Source: Sarea resinae | Lineage: Eukaryota | Direction of reading: 5' to 3' | NCBI GenBank assembly: GCA_026026165.1 | Contig: JAPEUD010000001.1 | Coordinates: 124,001-188,000 of the forward strand | Length of the DNA: 64,000 bases | In this document: piece after piece, positions 49,904-60,155 of the stretch | Numbering within the stretch: position 1 is the first letter of the stretch | Layout of the letters: the number at the start of each line of letters is the position of its first letter | Position numbers and translations under genes: made by a program | Notes under the pieces: generated by a model | Database searches by the model: none | The model's input: the letters and a program-made list of their open reading frames with translations, nothing else | What the model was told of the DNA's origin: nothing

Positions 49904-50209
49904 CAGTGCTGCTAACGGTCCATCGGTCTATCAGTCCATCGGTCCAGTCCAGAGGTTGTGTGTGGGTGGACCGGATAACTGCATGGACCAACGGGATTTT
50001 AGCGAAAAAGGGGTAAAAAGGGGAGGAGGGGCGAGGGCGGGGTGTAATCTACTCCGGAGTAACAACCCTGATTCTAGCATACGCTGTACTTCCTGGCGCA
50101 ACAAACTACGAGCACCTACCTTAGTAGGTGGTACGTACTGGACACGTACCTCACACCGCCCTGCTTTTCTACGCGAGTCGGTCTAAACGGTCCAAGGTTG
50201 CCAGCACTG
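49904..50209. mobile_element. ~306-bp non-autonomous TIR element (hAT-like MITE)
   Basis: Termini CAGTGCTGCTAACG ... GGTTGCCAGCACTG (reverse complement CAGTGCTGGCAACC); many subterminal GGTCC/GGACC repeats; second truncated copy starts at 39467 (CAGTGCTGCCAACC). No clean target-site duplication. Confidence 0.65.
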
Positions 50210-50365
50210 ACTGGAGAAGCCACAGTATATCTTAAAAACACAACAGCTAATGACGTTATATTAGAGGGGCTGCAAGATGCTATTCAGGAGAGTAGGGCAG
50301 ACACAGTTAAAGATCTCTTATTACTCGATAGTGTCGACTTTGCGAGCGTGACGTCGCTTGTCGAT

Positions 50366-50940
50366 CAGCTTTTCTTATAGATTAAAGACTGATAGATATA
50401 TGTAGTCCAGCAATAAGTTCCACCTATACACGAAGACGGGAGAATCCAGCAGGAAGAAAAAGGGGAAGAAGGGGGATGCCAGCAAAGGCAATGGGAAGGA
50501 CAAAGAAAAGACCGATGAAGAGAAGGATGAGGGAGAGTCGAGCGAGGTGGACGTAGAAGGGGGGGAAGATCTAGCAAGGAAGTAGACGTCAAAAAACCCT
50601 CCAGCAAAGATGAGGCAGATAGGGGTGCAGCCACAATGAGGCAGCAATTCCGGAGACCCAACTAGGGTCGCTGAACAAGAAGCAGGCCCAAAGGGAGGGG
50701 CATCCAGCCAAAAGGACCAGATTATCGGCGGAGGGGCTCCTGAAACGAAGAACATGAAGGGGGTTTCCAGCAAAGAAGAGCTGAAGAAAAAAGAAAGACC
50801 CAGCAAGAAAGGAACAGATGGAGTTTGAGGGGAATCCAGCAAGAAACCGGACGAAGAAGAAAAGGCTGCGGCCAAATTCGAAGCAGTGAGGTTGGAAAGG
50901 GGGGTATCTCCAGCAAAAGATGTTGCGATGGAGGGTTGAT
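50366..50940 (+). pseudogene. Inverted, decayed copy of the intron-2 3' end and exon 3 of the zinc-knuckle gene
   Basis: aagactgatagatatatgtag|TCC AGC AAT AAG TTC CAC CTA TAC versus intact aagactgacagataaatgtag|CCC GGC AAC AGG TTC CAC CCT TAC; ends ERGVSPAKDVAMEG* versus ERGVSPAKDIAMED*; internal stops and frameshifts. Confidence 0.8.
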
Positions 50941-51149
50941 CACATAATATCCATCGTTAATTAATATATGTTGTCCCCCAGAGGGCGCTCCCCTTTTTGG
51001 TTCGAGATTTTGACAAATGCCTTCCTCGACAACATTTTGACAATCTCATCGTCAATGCCCTCTTACCTTGGTCACTAAGATGTTTGAGCCTTCAAGTACT
51101 CCGACTCAATCTCAAGAGTATACTGAAACAATTTCACAAACATGCTAAG

Positions 51150-51208
51150 AGACTCCGTCACGGATGAATATGATTTCTAGTCCTATGCAATAACCACTTA
51201 CAATTGTC
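51150..51208 (-). pseudogene. tRNA-Ser(AGA) relic
   Basis: GACAATTG..AGTGGTTATTGCATAGGACTAGAAATCATAT keeps the 5' half and anticodon arm of the 48777-48857 type; T-arm and 3' acceptor strand are lost. Confidence 0.65.
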
Positions 51209-52068
51209 AATTAGTCGAAAGTAGCGAAATGATGTCTGGGACAGACTTGATTAATTTGCTCTACGATATCTGTGCTTTCTCGTGCTAGTCAACTAATCGT
51301 CTTATCTGCCATCATACGCTACCCTAATCGAATCAAATTCTTGACAGCTGGGACAAGATATAGCACGGGCACTACTAGAATGCAGACGTGTGTAGGAAGG
51401 ACATGCATGGCTCAAGAGTAGTCTCTGGAATTTTCTTTGCGACGAGATTAGCATTGAAATGCAGGACTTTGTACTCTAGCTTGAAGATCTATGGATGACG
51501 AGGATACCTACCTTTAACGATGACGATTGACGAGGCCGGCGTCGTCCGAATCGCAAAGCTTGGCTTTCCTTCCAAGACCTTGGCGAGACGTTCGACGATA
51601 AATGGGCCTTAGCACTTACAATCATGCATCATGTTCCACGTGCTGGTATTTGGCTCACTGCCTTACGAGTCTCTTATAATAACGACACCTTGGCTGCTAA
51701 GAGACGATGATCCTGTTACATTGTATTTCGAAACCTGCGTGTTGGTGGTCGGTTGGGGGCCGCAACACCAGAAAGTCAAAGCATCGATAGCGCGGGGACT
51801 TTCTGCTAGGCTGCAGGTCCACCACGAGTCAGCCGGGCTGAAAGGACCCCGCTACCCAATGGCAGCATGAACGGCATCTGACACCGACGCAGATCATCAT
51901 CTCTGTGGCCAGCTATACGAGAATTTTAATCTGGTGGAGACGAAGACGATAGCAGCGCCTCGTTTGTCCAGCTAGCAGGCCGTGTTATATCCTACTCGTA
52001 GCTGTTATATTTACGCGTGCTGTTCCCGTGGTGGTTGGCGCCATGATGAGTGTATTCCTGTCGTCTTC

Positions 52069-52956
52069 ATGGCTGTCTTTTCGTTTCTGTTCGTGTTCGT
52101 CGCGGCGATAGCGACGGTCTGCGCGCAGACGCCGCCGGGCTTCTCGCCGAGCTGCTCGACGAATCTAGATGTCGAGTTCGGGACCACGCTCGTGGGATAT
52201 CCGGGCCAGCTCTGGCCGCAGAACGGTGAGTGCGGCATACAAGCCATCAATCAAGCAGTCTATCAATCTACACAGCAAGCAATGGCAGCAAACTGACGAC
52301 CTCAAGCCGTGGCGAGCTCTCCCCGTCTCGGCACCGCGCAGCCGCTGGCCGGGCCCCACGTCGCCGTAATGGTCGACCCCGACATCACGCTGCAGGGCCA
52401 GAAGATCGAGGCGCTGCACTGGATCGCGTCGAACCTGGCCTCCGCCAACGGCACAGCGGAAAAAGGCACCTTCAGCCAGCTCGCGGGCGGCACGACCGTG
52501 TCGCCCTACCTGAGCCCCGTGCCCATGGCCGCGTACCCACCGCACCCGCACCGCTACACGGTCGTGCTCTTCGCGCAGCCCGCCAACTTCTCGGTCCCGC
52601 CGCAGTACGCCTCGTTCGTGCCGACGAACGCGAGCGCGCCGACCAACAAGTTCCCGTTCGACATCACCGCCTTTGCCAGCGCGGCGGGTCTGGGTGCGCC
52701 GGTCGCGGCCAACTATTTTGACGTTCAGAATACGTCGGTGGCGGCGGCGTCGACGGGCGCGGTTGGTACGGGTACGGCTGCTTCGACGGGGGTGGGGTCC
52801 ACTACGGCGTCGTCGAGTGGGTGGATTGGAACGGGCACGCCGAAGCCGACGTCGAGCCCGATCGGCCCGTTTACGGGCGATGCTGGCGAGACGATGCGGG
52901 CTTGGACGGTATCCGGATTACTGACATTCATGATGGCTGCGGTGGCATTAGTATAG
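52069..52956 (+). CDS. Secreted/GPI-anchored-type PEBP (phosphatidylethanolamine-binding) family protein
   Basis: Signal peptide MAVFSFLFVFVAAIATVCA-QTPPGF; MVDPD, LHWI, YLSPVP..PHRYTVVLFAQP, PVAANYF; S/T-rich linker and hydrophobic tail; intron 52226-52306. Confidence 0.88.
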
Positions 52957-53121
52957 GAACTTCTGGGCGGCGGTTCATCTATGCTCAACATCCAGTCTGC
53001 AGACGTAAAAGGAGTCGTGTAGCTCTACATCTTTGATTCTCTTCACATTTGTAGAAAATAGAGCCGCACTGTGCAATTGCGCATATGCAGCGAGAGATAC
53101 AGTATACATATCAACATAAGC

Positions 53122-54381
53122 CTACTCCATGCCCTCCATCAATTCGGTGCGATCGAGAATCATGCCGCCGCGTCCAATCCACTCGCGGAGCTCCTCCCAC
53201 TCCTGGCCCTCCTCCTCGCCCTTGCGCCAGGGCTGGGTGAAGCCCCAAGCCTGGGCGACGCGGTCGGCGGCGGCGCGTTCGTCCTCTCTGAGCCAGCGCT
53301 GGCGCAGGGGCATGCCGGTGGCCCAGGTGACGCGATCCATCTGGTCGTTGGCGGTGGTGACGGCGACGATGCCGATGGTAGCGGTAAAGCCGACGTAGGC
53401 GAGGATGCCGGCAAAGGCGATGTTGGTGGCGGTGGCGGGCTCCATGGTGTTCTGGTAGTGGCTGAGCTGCGAGGCGACGGTGTAGGCGGCGAGGGGGGCG
53501 AGGGCGAGGCCGGTGAGCGGGGGGAGGGCTTTGCGGAGGAATTTGGCGCGGTGGTAGGCCGGGGTGCAAAAGGTGGACTCGATGATGGCGAGGGCGAGCG
53601 GGAGGGCCTTCTTGTCGATGGCGACTTGGAGGGCGGCATTGGCGAGGTCGGCGGGGATGGCGAATTGGGCGCGTTTGGGGTTCGGGGTGGTGTAGGTGAT
53701 GGGGTTGCTCGAGGGGTTCGGGATCGGCTTGACGGCGTAGAGGGTGAAGATTTCGGGAAAGGTTTCGGGGCGGCGCAGCAGCGTCTGCGTCGTCGTGTAG
53801 GTTTTGAGGAGAGCGGGGGTGATGAAGACGTTGGGGTGGACGAGGACGCGGTAGATGAGCGTCGAGATGGTGTCCATGGCTCGGAGAGCAGAGGGAGAGG
53901 CGGATTGCGTGTCCGAGTCCAAGGATAACAGGGCTGATGCGGGGGTGGAGGTGCTGGTTGCCGTCGTTGTATTGTCCGCGGGCGAGCGGGCAGGAGCGCC
54001 GACAAAGTTGCGAGCGAGGGATTCGCAGGCTGTGAGAGCTTCGAGGACGGCTTCTTCAGAGGGGATAGAAGAGTCGTTGTGGAGAATGTCGGTACATTTG
54101 GTCATGGCGACTTGGAGGTCGGGTTCGAAGACGGGGACAGCATCTGCTGGTACGGCGGGAGCGTGGAATGCTTTTGGGGGTGGTTTTGATGATTTCTTGG
54201 ATGCTTTTCGCCTCACACAAGGACTGGAGATGAAGTTGCGTCGGGTCGTCCATGGTGTCTGAATCCGAGGCGCAACCGTCGTGAGAGATATTGCACGGAG
54301 ATGCGGAATGGGGTTTCGAGAGATGGAGGCGCATAGTTGGCAGATTTTTGGCTGCGGATGCCGCAGAAGCGAAGAATTCAT
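53122..54381 (-). CDS. Conserved fungal hypothetical membrane protein, probably mitochondrial
   Basis: Long GC3-rich ORF; Arg/Ser-rich presequence-like N-terminus; two TM segments; C-terminal TANDQMDRVTWATGMPLRQRWLREDERAAADRVAQAWGF. Confidence 0.8.
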   Translation of the reverse strand: MNSSLLRHPQPKICQLCASISRNPIPHLRAISLTTVAPRIQTPWTTRRNFISSPCVRRKASKKSSKPPPKAFHAPAVPADAVPVFEPDLQVAMTKCTDILHNDSSIPSEEAVLEALTACESLARNFVGAPARSPADNTTTATSTSTPASALLSLDSDTQSASPSALRAMDTISTLIYRVLVHPNVFITPALLKTYTTTQTLLRRPETFPEIFTLYAVKPIPNPSSNPITYTTPNPKRAQFAIPADLANAALQVAIDKKALPLALAIIESTFCTPAYHRAKFLRKALPPLTGLALAPLAAYTVASQLSHYQNTMEPATATNIAFAGILAYVGFTATIGIVAVTTANDQMDRVTWATGMPLRQRWLREDERAAADRVAQAWGFTQPWRKGEEEGQEWEELREWIGRGGMILDRTELMEGME

Positions 54382-54806
54382 CTTCGAGTTGAGCGAGAGC
54401 TGTGGTGGATTGAGATCAACAGCACAGGCGCGCTGCATTAGTTGAAGCTGCAATAGTTGAAGCTATTCGCATCTTCCGAATATTTGGTTACCCGGCGTGG
54501 CACTACGTACCTCGTACCTGCCTGATATCGTTACGTGCAGTGACGAAGGTGCAAGGAGAGTTGGTGCCGTTTGTCGTTTCCACATTCGACGCTCACTCGA
54601 CTCGACTCGACTCGACCCAAACGACAGTCTCCACTCAATCGTATCCCTTATCATCAATCAGACTGTACTCACGACATCACCAGCACGCTTGCTAATCCAT
54701 CGATCTGCTCGACGAAAGACTACTTGCCCAAGCTGGCTTCTACAGCGTCCACGACTTCCACGCGAGCTCATCAGGCCAAGTCGACTTTTGTTTCCTAGGC
54801 ATCAAC

Positions 54807-56271
54807 ATGGCCGGTCCACCACCCCCTCCCCCGATGCCTAGCTTTGGGGGAGGACCACCTCCAGCGCCGCCGCCGCCACCAGGAGGACCTCCAGGTAAAA
54901 ACAACTTGCCGGCTCGACCTCCGCCTGCTGCGAGTAAAGACCGAGTAAGAGCCTCTTCTCATGGTGCACCCTCGCATACTGACAAACCGCTAGAGCGCGC
55001 TTTTAGGAGACATCACGAAAGGAGCGAGATTGAAAAAGGCCGTGACCAATGATCGCTCTGCGCCGATAATAGGAAAAGAATCAAGCAGCTCGGCGGGCCC
55101 GCCGATAGGATCTGCACCACCGATACCTATTGGGAAACCACCGGGAGGACTGGCGCCACCGGTACCATCCAACGCGAATAGAGTACGAAGTAATAGCGAT
55201 ATTGGAGGAGGGTCAGGAGGCGACAGTAATGTAGCTCCGCCTCAGCTAGGGGGCATCTTCGCAGGAGGAATTCCGAAGCTCAAGAAGAGAGGCGGCATTG
55301 ATACAGGGGCTAGTCGTGACTCGTCATATCTGTCGGATCCGGAAACATCGCGAACCTCTGCTCCTAAACCCCCGGCGATGTCGGCGCCAAAGCCGCCCAC
55401 TGCCCCAAAGACGCCTGCGCTTCGATCTGCATCGCATAAAGTCGAGCCGACCCATCGAGCAGAGCCATCTCCGGCCCTTGCTCAAGTGGTGGCAAATCTT
55501 CGAAAGGCCCCTGGGAGACCGGACCATGCGCCCCCTCCACCGGGCCAAGCTCCTCGGCCATCGACATTCTCAGTAGCATCCGCGCCGGATGTCACCCCTC
55601 GAGCCCCTCCTCCACCACCCAGCGGCAAGAAGCCAGCTCCTCCGCCCGTCTCCTCCCGAAAGCCTGCCACTCCCCCTCCGCCTCCACCTCCAGTGTCAGC
55701 TCCAGCTCCACCAGCACCGCCTCCACCGCCCCCTGCGTCTGCACCACGACCACCTCCATCGCCTGTTTCAGTACCGAGACCACCTCCATCTCGCTCCACT
55801 CCCCCGCCTCCACCAACGTCTCCTCCTAGCGCCAATGGGGTTGGTATGTCTTCTTTGGCCATGCAAGCTGCCAGAAATGCTTTTGGATTCAACGGCAATT
55901 CGTCACCTGCTGCGCCCCCGCCGCCGCCTCCATCAGCCCCATCTCCCCCGCCTCCAGCTGCATCCGCTCCTTTGCCTCCACCGCCACCTCCACCATCTGC
56001 ACCCCCGTCCAGACCAGCTGCACAGCAACCCGTTCGCTCCATGCTGGATGTAGCTTCTTACACTCTTTCCAACGGGACGGGTAGCTCTCAGAATAGTCCT
56101 GCCAGGGGGGGTAGTCCTACTACTTCCGGCAGAACCAGGATTCATGATCCGCGGTGGAAGTTTCAGGATCCAAGTGTACTCCCGAAGCCGAGAGATTTCG
56201 TCGGTGGACCGAGGAGATATCGTGCCGGCAGAGGGAGCAGTGTGCCACTGGACCTTGGCTCTCTGGAATGA
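54807..56271 (+). CDS. VRP1: Verprolin/WIP (WH2-domain, proline-rich actin regulator)
   Basis: PPPPPPP N-terminus; WH2 R|SALLGDITKGARLKKAVTNDRSAP; LGGIFAGGIPKLKKRG; C-terminal DPRWKFQD..LPKPR..YRAGRGSSVPL; intron 54945-54993. Confidence 0.9.
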
Positions 56272-56471
56272 TATATGAAGATTTACTGAGGGACGGTGCA
56301 TAGACGGTCTTACGGTATGGCCGGCGTTTGAGGGGTAATGAACGAATGCTATGCTTTTCGTTGCAGCGTGTATTCACTTCTAGCCTCAACAGTAAATAGA
56401 CCCAAGACCTTTGTCCTCGAACACCATGATATGCCATCAGACGCCTTATTGAATCGATAGCATTGAAACCC

Positions 56472-56957
56472 TTACAGATGCACACCATCCTCGCCGTCTT
56501 CGTCCATCTGTTCGCGTAGTCGTCTTGCAAGCTCTTCGTCCGTCAAACTACCACCTGGCCGCCGTTCTGGTCCGCCTTCACGAGGCTGCTGTGTCTGTGA
56601 TGCCCTCCCCTCTCCGCTCTCATCTGCCACGCCGTTGGCCATTTCGATATCCCCATTCCTCGATTCCTTTTCCTCAACCTCGGCGTCGTCCCACCTGAAG
56701 CCTCGTTTTTCGACCTCCCGTCTCAATAAGGCTATCCGGCCCACCATCCTCTGGATGACTTCTTCATTCTCTCGCACCGCGTCCAGACAATCCTGGTCCC
56801 CTTCGTCGGCATAGGGTCGTAGCTGTAGATTTGATGAGTGTAAATGTGCTATGGAGTTGCGTAGCTCGGAGGCCTTGTTGTGCAGGTTCGAAAGTGGGAG
56901 ATCTTGGATTGCGGTCGCGAAGGCGGCAGGGCTGATGGGCGCTGCGTTCGAGGACAT
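56472..56957 (-). CDS. TMA17/Adc17-like small coiled-coil protein
   Basis: PISPAAFATAIQDLPLSNLHNKASELRNSIAHLHSSNLQL...DAVRENEEVI; acidic tail ending DGVHL. Confidence 0.7.
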   Translation of the reverse strand: MSSNAAPISPAAFATAIQDLPLSNLHNKASELRNSIAHLHSSNLQLRPYADEGDQDCLDAVRENEEVIQRMVGRIALLRREVEKRGFRWDDAEVEEKESRNGDIEMANGVADESGEGRASQTQQPREGGPERRPGGSLTDEELARRLREQMDEDGEDGVHL

Positions 56958-57228
56958 GGCGAGTTGTAAGCTGAGGGATGGATTTTGCTGCGATCTTCTT
57001 CTAGAATAGAACGAAAACAGCTTCGATGCATTGATCTCAAAGGATGTTTCTTCTGGGAGTGTGAATCAATTCCTTTAAGTCTTGTCTCATTGATATGTCG
57101 CTTGGCCTCGGCCCGTGCTCAGATGACGCTTCGGACTCGCAACACCCAAAAACCTTTAAGAATTCACGTTGCAATGCCACCATCCCACATTGCATAGCAA
57201 TCCTGCTTCACCTGGCGGGCGACCGGAA

Positions 57229-59291
57229 ATGAACAATGCGTGGTCGCTAGCATTGCGCGCTCCATGCGCCGGTCTTCGAGCTTCATCATGCTCTTTCCGT
57301 GCAGTGACTCCCAGTGTCACGTCCAAGGCCGTTGATGGTTTACTGTGGAGCTTAGGAAGGCAGCGTCAATGTTTCAGGCCGTTTTCGTTATTTGCGAAAA
57401 GACCTTTGTCGTGGGGCACAAATGCAGGAAACGGATTGCCGTTCGGAGCTCAACCCAGGACGCCCGCCCTCGCGGCACGTTTTTCGAGCAAGAAGCGCCA
57501 GGGCAAACAGCCGGACTACACCACGCAGCTCCCGGAAGACTACAATCCTGAAGAAGGCGTTCGGTTTCGGTCCAAAGACCTGTCTCCCAAAGAAATCAAG
57601 GCCATCTTCGGACCCCAGGTCGACACCGCGCTTGCCAACCACGTTCTGCGTCTGCTGCAAGGACGCCGATTGAGCGGGACGTTGGACGAGACGTTCCACG
57701 TGCCCGAAAATTCAGGTCTCACGGAGGAAAACGTCCTGAACGCTCTAGGATGGCTGCGGGTAAATTACCCCGTCGACGAAGAGGCGGCCTTGCTGGCCAG
57801 AGTGGAGAGGGAAACTCTGGAGGCCGAGCAAAAATACCAGGCCGATGCTCAGCGGCTGGGAATCTACAAGCCACTCGAGGAGCAAACAAAGAAAAAGGAG
57901 AGCGTTTACGGAGAGAGCGGGTTGGATGCCATTCGAGAACACTACCAGAGTTTGCCGGTAAAGGAATACAAATGGCTCCAGCCACGGCCGGGAGAGGAGA
58001 AGACGGGCACGCTGGAAAACGTAGGCGGAACGGGGCAATTAGGTGGGTAACTGGAATCGCTGGTTAACAAAGTGCTAATGTCTGCCCGCGTCATCAGCTA
58101 AAAGAGAACCCTCGGAACGGATGAAATACTACATGGAACGCGCCGCCGTTACGGCCAACAAGGCTCCTCCACAAATGACCAAGGTTAGAATCTCATCTCC
58201 TTATCTTCCGTTCAAACGCCCGCTGACCGCATATCCCAGCTCCAACGGCTCTACCCGTCCATTCTTGTCTCTGTAGTAGTCGTATCGCTCTGCCTCGTCC
58301 TGTCCACCTCCTACACGCCGCCTCCGCGGTCTGCACGGCTGTGGCCCGACCTGCCCCCAGCGGCAGCCACCGTGCTCGGCCTCATCCTCGCCAACACTTT
58401 CATCTTCGTGCTCTGGCGCGTCCCACCCGCCTGGCATTTCCTCAACAAGTACTTTATGAGCGTGCCGGGGTGGCCGGTGGCGTTGAGTAATATCGGAAAC
58501 GTCTTCAGCCATCAGCAGATCGGGCATCTGGCGATGAACATGGCCATGTTGTGGTATATCGGGACGAAGCGTATGTTTCTGCCTCTTTGTTTCAGCAGAC
58601 CGGTCAAGCTAACGCTGAAAGTCCACGACGACACCAACCGCGCGACCTTTCTGTCCATCTACCTGTCGTCAGGCGTGCTCGCATCGCTGTTCTCGCTCTC
58701 GTCGCACGTCCTGCGCAACAATTTCGTGACGTCGTCGCTGGGGGCTAGCGGCGCCATCGCGGGCATCGTAGCGGCGTGGTGTTTGTTGAATTCCGAGTAA
58801 GCCCTTTTCTCCTTTTCGTCTTTTTCTTCTACCCGCTCATCAATCTTTCTTCCCCTCCCTCCTCTCCTTTTCCTCCTCTCTTTCCCCTCCCCCTTTTTTT
58901 TCTTCCCCCTCAACTACCCCTCCCCTCCCCCGCCCTCTCCACACCACACTCCACACTCCACCACCCCAACTAACGTTTCCGCCCCAGCAAACAATTCTCC
59001 CTCCTCTTCCTCCCCGACGGCACCCTCCCGCCCATGAGCAGCAACACCATCCTCGCGTTCCTGATCGGCACCGAGATCTTCTGCATCGCGCGCGGCTGGC
59101 GCCGCGTCGACCACTGGGCGCATCTGGGCGGCTACATGGCCGGGCTAGGCGGGGCGCTGGTGGTCAAGAGGCGGGGGGGCCGTGGGGCCGGCGGCGGCGG
59201 CGGGACGAGGCATAGAGAGGGCGAGAGAAAGGGAGAAGGAGAGAGGGAGAGGGGGTGGGTGGAGAGGTATTTTGGCGGCGGCGGTAGTGGT

Positions 59292-59357
<66 letters not shown>

Positions 59358-59372
59358 CGGGGAGGTAGGTGA
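57229..59372 (+). CDS. PCP1: Mitochondrial rhomboid protease (PCP1/PARL-like), multi-exon
   Basis: Presequence-like N-terminus; NVFSHQQIGHLAMNM, catalytic SLGASGAI, DHWAHLGG; several introns; last exon runs through a G66 tract. Confidence 0.82.
59292..59357. repeat. G66 homopolymer
   Basis: Seen directly. Confidence 0.97.
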
Positions 59373-59521
59373 GAGGAGATAGTGGGCGCGGGGGGATGGA
59401 GAGGACGTTTGGGGTTGGGGTTGGGGCTGGGGCTGGGTCGGGGTCGGGCACGAGGCTTCGTGCGTGTATGGGGCGGGTGGACGTGATGTTGATAGAGCGA
59501 TCGGTTCGCAAACCATCTTCC

Positions 59522-59522
<1 letters not shown>

Positions 59523-59613
<91 letters not shown>

Positions 59614-59614
59614 T
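59523..59614. repeat. (CTTT)23 microsatellite
   Basis: Seen directly. Confidence 0.97.
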
Positions 59615-60155
59615 GTTTCCCATTTTCTTTACGACCTTTTCCTTTCCCCTATCCGCCGCACCGTGGAAGGTCACAGGAATTAGGGAATCGGATATCCAAT
59701 ACCGAATATCCAATACCTAATATCCAATTCCTCAACTGCCATTTCTTCTACTCTGTAGACAGACTACTGGGTACGGGATCGTTGGTTTGTTTTGTGTTGT
59801 ATTATATGCTACTGCATTGTATTGTATTGTATTGTATTGTATTGTATTGGTTTGTGTTGTATTTTACGTGAGTACGTACGTATGTAAGTATTGATTTGAG
59901 TGAGTTATCGAGTGAGTTATCGAAGTGAGTGAGTGAGTGGGTAGGAGAAAGTTTTCGCTATCTACAACCATGGATGCGATGCGTGCCCATCTATGCCATC
60001 TACATGTCCCTCTCTCTGTCTCTCTTCTGACGCTCAACACTTTCACCAGGCTTCTGCGTCTGCGTCCCGCTTTGGCTCTGGCTGTGTCTGCTTCTGTCTC
60101 TGCTGCTGTCTCTACACCAACCACCCAACCATGCACCAACTACTCAACCACTCAA

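Noticed and set aside
35800..51300. Starship, LTR retrotransposon or Helitron as the identity of the island
   Set aside because: No tyrosine-recombinase captain, RT/integrase/protease, LTR pair or Rep-helicase was recognised, and I could not identify convincing termini or a TSD. A non-autonomous derivative cannot be excluded.
53071..54262. Long ORFs antisense to or overlapping GC-rich genes (also 59937-60791, 55482-56042, 33500-34153, 21045-21701)
   Set aside because: Shadow ORFs caused by high GC3 codon bias of the real gene on the other strand or frame.
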